This document shows, piece after piece, positions 37,861 to 47,190 of a stretch of DNA of 64,000 nt (its first letter is position 1; each line of letters begins with the position of its first letter). The DNA comes from Thermodesulfobacteriota bacterium. Lineage in GTDB: Bacteria > Desulfobacterota_D > UBA1144 > Nemesobacterales > UBA2774. The position numbers and the translations under genes were made by a program. The notes below the pieces were generated by a model that was given only the letters and a program-made list of their open reading frames with translations, ran no database searches and was not told the DNA's origin. The stretch covers positions 928,001 to 992,000 of the forward strand of contig OZ244197.1 of the NCBI GenBank assembly GCA_965216785.1. The letters are read 5' to 3'.

Positions 37861-38733
37861 TTATCCGAATTTCCCTGAAACATAATCTTCGGTCTGTTTG
37901 AGTTTTGGATTCAGGAATATATTCTCGGTACTGTCGTATTCTATGACCTCTCCCAAGTACATAAAAGCGGTGTAATCAGAGACGCGAGAGGCCTGCTGCA
38001 TGTTATGAGTAACAATAACGATCGTGTAGCTTTCCTTAAGCTCGTTTATAAGGTCTTCAATCTTTCCTGTCGCAATCGGGTCAAGCGCCGAGCACGGCTC
38101 GTCCATCAAAAGAACCTCGGGTTCAACCGCAATTGCCCTTGCGATGCAGAGCCTCTGCATCTGTCCCCCCGACATGCCCAGAGCGCTCTCATTCAATCTG
38201 TCGTGTACCTCGTCCCAGAGAGCAGCTCCTTTTAAGCTTTTTTCGACTATTTCATCGAGTACGGACTTTCTGTTCTCACCGGCTATTCTTGCACCGTATG
38301 CTACGTTTTCATATATAGATTTAGGAAACGGATTTGATTTCTGAAACACCATTCCGACATTCTTTCTAAGATCTGTTATATCTACCCCGGGATCGTGTAT
38401 GTCCATACCGTTTATCTTAAATTCACCCTCGACTCTCGCGGAGTCCACAAGGTCGTTCAGTCGGTTAAAACAACGAAGGAGCGTAGATTTTCCGCAGCCT
38501 GATGGTCCGATAAACGCGGTCGCTTTGTTTTTAGGTATATCCATGTTGATATCCTTAAGCGCTTGCTTCGACCCGTAGTAAAGGTTTCCGCCGTTTACTT
38601 CAACCACAGGGTCCGGGACTTGAAATTTTACAACACCTTGAGGCTGTTCTAAGTCTTTGGGCAGCACTTCACGAGCGCTCACTGTTGCTTCTGTAACATT
38701 CTCAGTCGACATTCTGTGCTCAATCTCCTTCAT
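37861..38733 (-). CDS. pstB: Phosphate ABC transporter ATPase
   Basis: [36 protein letters not shown]. Confidence 0.97.
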   Translation of the reverse strand: MKEIEHRMSTENVTEATVSAREVLPKDLEQPQGVVKFQVPDPVVEVNGGNLYYGSKQALKDINMDIPKNKATAFIGPSGCGKSTLLRCFNRLNDLVDSARVEGEFKINGMDIHDPGVDITDLRKNVGMVFQKSNPFPKSIYENVAYGARIAGENRKSVLDEIVEKSLKGAALWDEVHDRLNESALGMSGGQMQRLCIARAIAVEPEVLLMDEPCSALDPIATGKIEDLINELKESYTIVIVTHNMQQASRVSDYTAFMYLGEVIEYDSTENIFLNPKLKQTEDYVSGKFG

Positions 38734-38769
38734 GATTTACCCCGGAAGTATCAATAATAATAACATTTA

Positions 38770-40413
38770 TTATACTGCCGAGGTAGTGTATTTCTTTTTT
38801 AAACGGTTTCTTATAATTATCGCGCTCAAGTTAAGTATTATAACAATCAATATCAAAAGAAGTGCTGTTGTGAATACCATAGGCTTTGCCGCCTCCACAT
38901 TAGGTGACTGAAACCCTACATCATAGATATGAAAGCCCAGGTGCATGAATTTTCTCTCCAAATGAACGTATGGGAAGTACCCGTCTATCGGGAGCTGGGG
39001 CGCAAGTTTCACTACTCCTGTAATCATAAGGGGCGCAACCTCGCCCGTTGCCCTGGCGATTGCCAATATCAGCCCCGTTAGGATCGCGGGCATTGCACTT
39101 GGGATTACTATTTTCCACGTGGTCTCAAATTTTGTGGCACCCAGTGCCAGAGATCCGTGCCTTATTTCCTGAGGTACGGCGGCAAGCCCTTCCTCAGTTG
39201 CCACAATCACAACCGGCACCGTAAGTAATGCCAGTGTTAGGGAGGCCCAAAGGATTCCGCCCGTACCGTAAGTCGGGGTAGGAAGCGCTTCGCTGAAAAA
39301 GAAGCTATCTATATTACTTCCCAAACCATATATAAAAAATCCTACGGCAAACACTCCGAATACGATAGAAGGTACGCCGGCAAGGTTATTCACGCAAATC
39401 CGCACAATTCTCACAAGCGTGCCCTGCCTGGCATATTCCCTCAGATAGAGCGCCGCCAGCACTCCGAACGGAAGCACAACAATGCTCATAATAAGGACCA
39501 TGAACACCGTCCCGAATATTGCGGGGAATACGCCTCCTTCCGTATTGGCTTCCCTGGGGTCCTCTGAGACAAATCCCCAGGCTCTAGATAGATAAAGCGA
39601 AGCCTTTCCAAACCAGCTCATTGCGTTTGGTCTGTAGGCCCTTACAACGTTGCCTATGGACATCTCTTTTTCCCTGCCGTCCACCGACACCATTACAATC
39701 TTGTCTCTCTCAAAATCCTTATATAGTGTGGATAATTCTTCTTCCTTCACCCGGTACTTGGCTTCTTCCTCTTTTACCTTTGCTTCATAGTCTTTTATCT
39801 GAGCCTGACTATCTCCGCCTTTCATCTCAAGCCCGCGGATCTTGAGCCTGTAGTTTTCAATTGAGTGGTTGATGCCCCCGATTTCGCCTTTTTCGATATC
39901 CTTAATCTCTTTAAATATCTTATGATACTCCGGGATTAGCGACTCAAGCGTACTCCAGCACTCCTGATTTCCTGTGCATACGGTATTACCGTCTTCCTTT
40001 ATCTCTTTTATGAACGCGTACATATTGCCCCATTCCCTTCTTTCCAGCACGACTGCAAACTCAGGGTATGTAGTGCTTGCAATCTGGTCGTCGTCAATCC
40101 ATCTGAAATCAAGGCCGTAAAGATCGCGGTTTCCGATTTTCAGCTGAGTCCTAAAGGCATCGTCAGCGCTCTCTTTCTTGCTGAACGTTTTAATCTTTTC
40201 GTGACCGGTAATTTCTCCCATCACTCTGGTTCCGTTTTTGAGCTCGAGCTCGGCCACCGAAGCGGGCCAGAAAAACCCGAGCCCCTTGGCCGCTATCAGC
40301 CACAGAAGCCCCGCGATCATGAGCAGACTGAACATAAGCGCAACGCCTGTCAGCCATACGAATGGGTCTCCGCTTCTCCAAAATTTATTATTCATATCCA
40401 ATATCCGTAACAA
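38770..40413 (-). CDS. pstA: Phosphate ABC permease, long form
   Basis: PREANTEGG, NNLAGVPSIV, RATGEVAP; periplasmic coiled-coil insertion. Confidence 0.95.
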   Translation of the reverse strand: MLRILDMNNKFWRSGDPFVWLTGVALMFSLLMIAGLLWLIAAKGLGFFWPASVAELELKNGTRVMGEITGHEKIKTFSKKESADDAFRTQLKIGNRDLYGLDFRWIDDDQIASTTYPEFAVVLERREWGNMYAFIKEIKEDGNTVCTGNQECWSTLESLIPEYHKIFKEIKDIEKGEIGGINHSIENYRLKIRGLEMKGGDSQAQIKDYEAKVKEEEAKYRVKEEELSTLYKDFERDKIVMVSVDGREKEMSIGNVVRAYRPNAMSWFGKASLYLSRAWGFVSEDPREANTEGGVFPAIFGTVFMVLIMSIVVLPFGVLAALYLREYARQGTLVRIVRICVNNLAGVPSIVFGVFAVGFFIYGLGSNIDSFFFSEALPTPTYGTGGILWASLTLALLTVPVVIVATEEGLAAVPQEIRHGSLALGATKFETTWKIVIPSAMPAILTGLILAIARATGEVAPLMITGVVKLAPQLPIDGYFPYVHLERKFMHLGFHIYDVGFQSPNVEAAKPMVFTTALLLILIVIILNLSAIIIRNRLKKKYTTSAV

Positions 40414-40427
40414 TAAAATTTCTCATA

Positions 40428-42749
40428 TCAAAGCTGTCCGAATTTCTTTCTCAGTCTTTGCCTCACAATCTCAGCCGCTGTATTAATAAAGAAGGTAAAG
40501 AAAAACAGCAGCAGGGCTGCCAGGAACAGGATTCTATAAAGCGTGCCCCCGTGGGGCGCTTCAGGTATTTCCACGGCAATATTCGCCGATAGCGCTCTGA
40601 ACCCGTTAAACACGCTCCAGTCCATGATAGGCGTGTTCCCTGTAGCCATAAGAACGATCATGGTCTCTCCGATAGCTCTTCCCAGGCCTATCATTACAGC
40701 CGAGAATATGCCGGGGCTTGCCGTGGGGAGTATTACTCTAATAGCCGTCTGCCAGCTGTTCGCGCCTAGCGCCAGAGAGCCCGCGGTAAGGTGTTTCGGT
40801 ACGCTCGACAGGGCGTCTTCCGAGATTGTGAATATGATTGGAATAACAGCAAACCCCATTGCGAAACCTACGATTAAGGAGTTTCGCTGATCATACTGAA
40901 GACCTAAAACGTTATACAACCAGCTCTTATAGTCTCCGGCGAATAGAGCGCTTTCGATCGGACCGTTCAGCCAGAGCGAAATCAGCACTCCGATTATTAT
41001 CACCGGCACTAAGAAAAATAGCTCTGTACCGTGTTTAAACCTGCCTTTGATTGCTCTTGGTGCTTGATGCCATATAAATACGCTTATTATAGTAAGGATT
41101 GTTAGTACGATCGGCATAGTGAACACAGCGGGTATAACCTTTTCCAGCACCGGTGCAAGCCACAGACCTGCAAAGAATCCGAGCACAACGCTCGGGAGCG
41201 CTGCCATAATTTCTATTATCGGCTTTATCGTATTTCTTAGCGTAGGGTGCATAAACTGCGACACGCAGAGCGCCCCTAAGATAGAGATAGGAATCGCGAA
41301 GATTAACGCGTATATTGCCCCTTTTAACGTACCGTAAGCAAGCGGGGTCAGGCTGAATTTAGGCTCGAACTGGTCGGTGCCTCCGGTTGACTGCCACACA
41401 TACTCCGGTTTCTCGTAGCCTTCGTACCATACTTTTCCGAACAGAGTCTTAAAATTAGTTTCCGGGTGCTCGTTCTCAACGTTCCAATTGTAGAATTTAC
41501 CTTCCTTGTCTATTGCCGCGATCCCGTTAGCTTTTGGCGAGAAAGCCAGCCTCTGAATTGACGAGCCGTCTCCTTTAAACTCTGCTACTTTTTGGTTCGA
41601 AGTCGCGTGATACAAGTTAATATTGCCGCCCGTATCGGAAGCCAGAAAACCCCTGTCTCTCGCGGACGCTGTAATTTGAGTAACCGGCAATTCCAATGGG
41701 CTTAGCTCGTGTATTCTCTTGAGTAAATCTCCCGTCGGAGAGGTCTTGTCCGGCACTTCGAACCATACTGAAACCTGGCCCGCTTCGTCTCCCACAACGA
41801 GTGAGCGGTCACCGAGCAGGAAAGCAAGAGCAGTTATAGCTGTGTTTGAATCCTTTGTCGCGTCAATTGCTCTTAAAAATTCCGGGCTACCCTTATCACT
41901 CACGTCCCAATGAAAGAGCTTTCCGTTATCAGTGCCCACAAAGAGGTTCTCAAGGCTGGAATCCAGCTCAATCGCCGTAACGCCTGCTTGCTCGAGCTGT
42001 GAGGTGAGATCGGTGGTATGATTTTCACCAGTACTTTCCTCTTCCCCAAATCCAAAGTCGTCCTCTTCTGACTCCGCTGCCGCTACAAACAATAAAGAGC
42101 CGCTCTTAGTATATGCGGCCGCGGCTTTACCGCCGTCTTCCTCCGACTCCTCGTAAGCTATATTTACCAGGGGCGAGTCAGCTACTTTAAAGAGCTCACC
42201 CTGCGTAATATCCGGAGTGATAATTCTTTTTTGGTCTGAGAATGTGATCTTATAATTAGTGCTTACAGGAAGTACAAACCCGTCGCTTGTTCCAAAGCTG
42301 TAAAGCTCGTTGTTAACCGATACGAAGCTCGATGTAATCTCGGAGCCCTCGATATCTGTAAGCGGGATAGATTTTAATACACTCCCGTCTTTTAATGATA
42401 AGAATCGGAACACCCCGTCATCGGTCACAATGAAGCCGATTTCCTTATATTCCTCTGTACCCGTTGCAAGATATGGGAAAGTAGTTTTATCCGGGCTGTC
42501 CAGTGAATAAGAAGAGAGCTCAGGGGATTCCTTTAATATAAAAGAGCTCGTAAGCTCGGATTTAACACCCTGCCACAGGGGCACGGTCTCAATACCTATG
42601 AAAACGAGAATTGCCAGTATACTTAGGATAATCGCGATACCGCCTGTAGTAACGACACCGGTCGCGATAAAATCCACAAGCTTCCTCCGTCTTACTCCGG
42701 AGGAAGCTTGGGATGTATCTTTTTTCTTAAGTCTAGTTTGCGCAGTCAT
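40428..42749 (-). CDS. pstC: Phosphate ABC permease with beta-propeller insertion
   Basis: WD40-like repeats; WQSTGG..EPK, AALPSVVLG, RAIGETM. Confidence 0.93.
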   Translation of the reverse strand: MTAQTRLKKKDTSQASSGVRRRKLVDFIATGVVTTGGIAIILSILAILVFIGIETVPLWQGVKSELTSSFILKESPELSSYSLDSPDKTTFPYLATGTEEYKEIGFIVTDDGVFRFLSLKDGSVLKSIPLTDIEGSEITSSFVSVNNELYSFGTSDGFVLPVSTNYKITFSDQKRIITPDITQGELFKVADSPLVNIAYEESEEDGGKAAAAYTKSGSLLFVAAAESEEDDFGFGEEESTGENHTTDLTSQLEQAGVTAIELDSSLENLFVGTDNGKLFHWDVSDKGSPEFLRAIDATKDSNTAITALAFLLGDRSLVVGDEAGQVSVWFEVPDKTSPTGDLLKRIHELSPLELPVTQITASARDRGFLASDTGGNINLYHATSNQKVAEFKGDGSSIQRLAFSPKANGIAAIDKEGKFYNWNVENEHPETNFKTLFGKVWYEGYEKPEYVWQSTGGTDQFEPKFSLTPLAYGTLKGAIYALIFAIPISILGALCVSQFMHPTLRNTIKPIIEIMAALPSVVLGFFAGLWLAPVLEKVIPAVFTMPIVLTILTIISVFIWHQAPRAIKGRFKHGTELFFLVPVIIIGVLISLWLNGPIESALFAGDYKSWLYNVLGLQYDQRNSLIVGFAMGFAVIPIIFTISEDALSSVPKHLTAGSLALGANSWQTAIRVILPTASPGIFSAVMIGLGRAIGETMIVLMATGNTPIMDWSVFNGFRALSANIAVEIPEAPHGGTLYRILFLAALLLFFFTFFINTAAEIVRQRLRKKFGQL

Positions 42750-42801
42750 TTAATTCCAGCTGAGATAGAGTGTAGCGTATAACTGGTTATGAGTGAAATC
42801 G

Positions 42802-43800
42802 TTACTTAGCTCCAATTTTAGACATAATTTTTTCGTCAACGCTAGCAGGAAGCGGAAGATAACCGTCTTTTACCACAACTTCCTGTCCCTCTTTACTTAA
42901 AACGTATTTTAAGAACTCGAGGCGGAGCGGATCGAGCTGCTGCTCAGGGTTCTTATTTACATAGAGATAGAGGTATCTTCCGAGCGGATATGCTTTGCTT
43001 ACAACGTTCTCAAGGTTAGGCGCTGCGCACGAGCCTGCTTCTTTGCCCAGCTCAAGTGCTTTAACGCCAGAGGTTTTGTAGCCGATTCCGCTGTATCCGA
43101 TAGCTGTAACGTCCTCTGTTATACCCTGAACGACCGATGCCGATCCCGGCTGCTCTTTTACGCTGTCCTTATAGTCGCCTTTACAAAGAGCTTTCTTTTT
43201 AAAGTAACCGTAGGTGCCTGAAGCGGAGTTTCTGCCGTAGATGCTTATCGGCTTATTAGCCCACTCGCCTGTTGCTCCGAGTTGGCCCCATGTGGTAATG
43301 TCTTCAGCACCGCCGCATTTTCTATTCTTGGAAAATACCGCGTCTACCTGATCAATCGTTAAGCAGCTGATGGGGTTATCTTTGTTTACGAAAACAGCCA
43401 GTGTGTCAATAGATGTAGGAACTTCAGTCGGCGGATAACCAAAAGCCTTTTCGAACTCGTCTACCTCTTTACTTTTCATGGCTCTTGACATTGGTCCGAA
43501 CTGAGCCGTTCCTTCGATTAATGCCGGAGGAGCTGTGCTTGAGCCCTTACCTTCGATCTGGCATTTTACGTTCGGATAATCCTTTGTGAATCCCTCACAC
43601 CATAGTGTCATAAGGTTATTCATGGTGTCAGAACCTACGCTATTGATATTCCCCGATACACCGCTGGTTTTGGTGTAAGAAGGGATAGCAGGGTCAACCT
43701 TAACAGGTTCATCTGCACTGCTTACATTCACGGCCAGTGCTACCAAGAATAATGCGGCACTTAGCAGTAAACTGCCTTTGATATATTTTTCTTTAACCAT
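42802..43800 (-). CDS. pstS: Phosphate-binding protein
   Basis: GSDTM, GKGSST, GRNSASGT. Confidence 0.96.
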   Translation of the reverse strand: MVKEKYIKGSLLLSAALFLVALAVNVSSADEPVKVDPAIPSYTKTSGVSGNINSVGSDTMNNLMTLWCEGFTKDYPNVKCQIEGKGSSTAPPALIEGTAQFGPMSRAMKSKEVDEFEKAFGYPPTEVPTSIDTLAVFVNKDNPISCLTIDQVDAVFSKNRKCGGAEDITTWGQLGATGEWANKPISIYGRNSASGTYGYFKKKALCKGDYKDSVKEQPGSASVVQGITEDVTAIGYSGIGYKTSGVKALELGKEAGSCAAPNLENVVSKAYPLGRYLYLYVNKNPEQQLDPLRLEFLKYVLSKEGQEVVVKDGYLPLPASVDEKIMSKIGAK

Positions 43801-43850
43801 TTTCTACAACCTCCTATAGATTTTCTGAGTTAAGAGTTAACATCAGTAAT

Positions 43851-43889
43851 GTTAAGATTGTGTTAAGAGAGGATTAAACGCCAATTAAC
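43851..43889 (-). promoter_or_regulatory. Putative Pho boxes upstream of pstS
   Basis: Four (G/A)TTAA units at 43851, 43862, 43873, 43884 (exact 11-bp period). Confidence 0.7.
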
Positions 43890-44063
43890 TGTTTGGGCTA
43901 ATAAATAGCGGGCATGTTATGATATATTTTATAAGAAACAACTCAAATGCCCATTATTATAGAGGTAATCCGATTTAATATTTTGAGAATTAAATCTTGT
44001 AGCTGTATAATGTCGGGTGTTTGTAAATTGCTGTAAAAATAATATCAGTCCGGAGAAACCAGA

Positions 44064-44141
44064 ATGCGTCTACATTTAACGATTATTTCTCTTTTATTGC
44101 TAACTCTCTTTATTACCGCCTGCAGATGCGATGTCGGCTAG
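44064..44141 (+). other. 25-codon ORF resembling a lipoprotein signal peptide (micro-lipoprotein or remnant)
   Basis: MRLHLTIISLLLLTLFITACRCDVG*, GGAGA RBS. Confidence 0.4.
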
Positions 44142-44192
44142 TAAAAGAATGAAGATTACATTATTGGCTGATATTTCAGCAGGCCTCAATAA

Positions 44193-44669
44193 ATGGTAAT
44201 TATCCTGATCGGTGTTGCCGGGTCAGGTAAAACTACAATAGGAAAGCTCCTGGCTAAAAGAATCGGCTGGAGTTTCTACGACGCCGACGATTTCCATCCC
44301 GAATCCAATATTGAAAAAATGTCACGGGGAGTTCCGCTCACAGACGAAGACCGGATACCCTGGCTCGAGTCCATTAGGAAGTTCATTGACGAGAGGGATG
44401 AGCAGATGGTGTTCGCCTGCTCTGCGCTTAAAAAGACCTACCGCGACTTTCTTAGAAAAAGCAGGGCAAAGATCGAGTTCATTTATCTCAAGGGCGAAAA
44501 AGAGGTAATACTCCACAGACTAGAGGACAGAAAAGGCCACTTTGCGGGCGCAGACCTTCTACAAAGCCAGCTCGAAGATTTGGAAGAGCCCAAAAATGTG
44601 CTCACCGAGGAAATAACCCAAAACCCCCAAGCCATAGTCGCAGACATTATAAAGCTCCTTGATGTATAG
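44193..44669 (+). CDS. gntK: Gluconokinase (GntK/IdnK)
   Basis: GVAGSGKTT, DADDFHP..NIEKM..PLTDEDR.PW, ACSALK. Confidence 0.93.
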   Translation: MVIILIGVAGSGKTTIGKLLAKRIGWSFYDADDFHPESNIEKMSRGVPLTDEDRIPWLESIRKFIDERDEQMVFACSALKKTYRDFLRKSRAKIEFIYLKGEKEVILHRLEDRKGHFAGADLLQSQLEDLEEPKNVLTEEITQNPQAIVADIIKLLDV

Positions 44670-44685
44670 AGATATTCCCTGTTTA

Positions 44686-44714
44686 TCATCCTGAACTCGT
44701 TTCAGGATCTCATC
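44686..44714. repeat. REP-like palindrome, copy 1
   Basis: TCATCCTGAACTCGTTTCAGGATCTCATC; 28/29 identical to 52881-52909. Confidence 0.8.
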
Positions 44715-44723
44715 CTCAGCCTT

Positions 44724-45578
44724 TTACTTTATTTTCTCTTTCAAACTTTTTGCCTTAGTAAGCTCATCCAATAAAGCGCTCTCATCTCCCTTCTCAATAG
44801 CGTCCTTAATCCTCTCGAGCGCTTGCTGAAACCTGGATATAGCCTCAAGCGTTGGGCTGCTGTTAGCCTGGAATATGCTGACCCACATCTCAGGAGAGCT
44901 TGCTGCGATCCTTGTGTAGTCCTTTAGTCCCCCGCCGGCAAAATCAAAAAGCTCTCCGTTATTCTCAGCGGAGAGAACGGAGTTAATAAGCGCGTACGCG
45001 ACCACGTGCGGCAGGTGGCTCACGGCTCCGAAAATTCGGTCGTGCGCGACCGCGTCCATTTCAAATACGTTCGCGCCCACAGCCTCCCACATCGACGCTA
45101 CAGTTTTCAGGGCTTCTTTATTAGTATTTTCAGTTGGAGTGAGTATGCATCTTCTTCCTTTAAAGAGTCCCGGGCTGCCTGATCTAACGCCCGAATTCTC
45201 AGTGCCCGCGATTGGGTGGCCGCCGACGAAGTTTAGGTAAGATGGCAGAATTCCGTCTACATCATGCAGAACCTTTTCTTTAACGCTCCCTGTATCAGTG
45301 ATAACGGCTCCTTTCGGCGCAGTTGAAGATGCGGATATTGCAGTCTCTTTTATAGCTCCCAGGTGTGTAGCGATCACTATTATATCCGCAATACGTGAAC
45401 ACTCTTTAATATCAGTGGATCCTTCGTCGATAATGTGCTCCGTTACTGCATATTCTACAGAGTCCTTATCCCTATCGACTCCTGATATTGTCTCAGCAAA
45501 ATCAGATTCCTTCAGCGCCCGGGCGAGCGAGCCGCCTATCAGGCCGAGCCCCACTATTGTGATTTTTTTTACCGACAT
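44724..45578 (-). CDS. tyrA: Prephenate/arogenate dehydrogenase
   Basis: GLGLIGGS, DTGSVK, GGHPIAGTE, SHLPH. Confidence 0.94.
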   Translation of the reverse strand: MSVKKITIVGLGLIGGSLARALKESDFAETISGVDRDKDSVEYAVTEHIIDEGSTDIKECSRIADIIVIATHLGAIKETAISASSTAPKGAVITDTGSVKEKVLHDVDGILPSYLNFVGGHPIAGTENSGVRSGSPGLFKGRRCILTPTENTNKEALKTVASMWEAVGANVFEMDAVAHDRIFGAVSHLPHVVAYALINSVLSAENNGELFDFAGGGLKDYTRIAASSPEMWVSIFQANSSPTLEAISRFQQALERIKDAIEKGDESALLDELTKAKSLKEKIK

Positions 45579-45582
45579 TTTC

Positions 45583-46671
45583 TTATCCCTTCAAAACTTT
45601 CTTGAGTGCCTCTATAAATCTCACATTTTCGTCCATCTGACCAACTGTAACCCTAAGATGAGTTTTCAGCCCATACCCCGCTACAGGTCTTACAATAACC
45701 CCTTGTTTTAAAAGCGAGTTATATACGGGCATCGGGTCAGACTCAAGGTCTATGAGTATGAAGTTCGTATACGTGGGCGCCGATTTGATACCCAATTCAC
45801 CAAGCTCAGAAGACAAGTACTTAAGCCCTTTCTGGTTTATCTCTTTAGACCTTGCAATATGCTCTTTGTCATCAAGCGCGGCTATGCCGCCTGCCTGCGC
45901 GAGGGAGCTTACGTTGAAGGGGTGTCTTACGCGCTGCATTTGAGATACGATCTTTTCATTCCCAACGCCGTAGCCGAGCCTGATACCGGCAAGCCCGTAT
46001 ATCTTTGAGAAGGTCCTGACAGTTAATATGGACTTACCGCTTCCGTGATACTCCAGCGTGTCCGGGTAGTCCGGGTCCTCTACGTATTCAAAGTAAGCCT
46101 CGTCAAACACTACCAGTACGTCCTCGGGCACACTGTCTATAAACCATTCAATCTCGGCTCTTTTTACCATAGTCCCCGTAGGGTTATTCGGGTTAGCGAT
46201 GAATACAATCTTGGTTCTCTCGGTTATTCTCGAGTGCATATCCCGCAGGTCATGCGTATAATCCAGCATAGGGGAAATCACCGCGTTTGCCCCGACTGCC
46301 TGAGTCGCTAACGGGTAGACGATAAACCCGTACTCGCCCATAATAGCCTCATCCCCCGAGTACATGAATGTTCGCGCGGCTATATCCAGCACGTCGTTTG
46401 ATCCGTTCCCGAATATTATCGTCTCTTCTTTTATCCCCAGCTTCCCGGCGAGTTTTTGTTTCAGATAAAAAGAGTCTCCGTCCGGATAGCGGTGCGTCTC
46501 ACCCAGCGATTCTTCCATAGCTTTCAGCGCCAGCGGGGATGGGCCCAATGGGTTTTCATTTGAGGCTATCTTTATTGCGCCCGATATTCCCAGCTCCCGC
46601 TCGAGCTCTTCGACTGGCTTTCCGGGCACATAGGGGATTAGGTTTTCTATATGAGGCTTAGGTTTTATCAT
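45583..46671 (-). CDS. hisC: Histidinol-phosphate aminotransferase
   Basis: ASNENP, NPNNPTG, DEAY, RTFSKIYGLAGIR. Confidence 0.96.
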   Translation of the reverse strand: MIKPKPHIENLIPYVPGKPVEELERELGISGAIKIASNENPLGPSPLALKAMEESLGETHRYPDGDSFYLKQKLAGKLGIKEETIIFGNGSNDVLDIAARTFMYSGDEAIMGEYGFIVYPLATQAVGANAVISPMLDYTHDLRDMHSRITERTKIVFIANPNNPTGTMVKRAEIEWFIDSVPEDVLVVFDEAYFEYVEDPDYPDTLEYHGSGKSILTVRTFSKIYGLAGIRLGYGVGNEKIVSQMQRVRHPFNVSSLAQAGGIAALDDKEHIARSKEINQKGLKYLSSELGELGIKSAPTYTNFILIDLESDPMPVYNSLLKQGVIVRPVAGYGLKTHLRVTVGQMDENVRFIEALKKVLKG

Positions 46672-46743
46672 ATTTTCATTCGAACTTAATTGAATATTAT
46701 CGCGGGTTAGGGTTATAAATCAATCGGTCAGGTTATAACAAGC

Positions 46744-47064
46744 TCAATTGAATAAATCCTTGGTAGAATAGGCGCCTTTATTGAACCCCGTGAAAAACTC
46801 CTTAACTAAAGGGTGTTTAACGGGCCGTCCTGACTCATCGGGCTCAAGATTCCTCTCTGCTACGTATGTTAGATGCGAAGCGCCGTCAACGAGTACGTGA
46901 TACCAGGGCTTGTCCTTTGGCGGCCTCGATAACGCTACCTGCTCGTACCACTCCTCCGTACCCGAAAATACAGGGTCTACGTCCACAATAACGCCCCTAT
47001 AGTCAAAGAGTCTGTGGTGAATTACCTGCCCAATTGAGAATTTCACTCTATCAAGTTCTGTCAT
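46744..47064 (-). CDS. hspQ: Heat shock protein HspQ (YccV-like)
   Basis: IGQVIHHRLFDYRGVIVDVD, PWYHVLV, YVAERNL. Confidence 0.92.
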   Translation of the reverse strand: MTELDRVKFSIGQVIHHRLFDYRGVIVDVDPVFSGTEEWYEQVALSRPPKDKPWYHVLVDGASHLTYVAERNLEPDESGRPVKHPLVKEFFTGFNKGAYSTKDLFN

Positions 47065-47190
47065 GATTATATCTGCACCGTTTAATCAACAGATGGCTGA
47101 CAATATTCTATTCTGCTAAGCCCGCCTGCGCAAGGAATTCTCTTCTTAAATTGAGACTTTCAGAGCGAGACGATATAATCTCTTTACACC

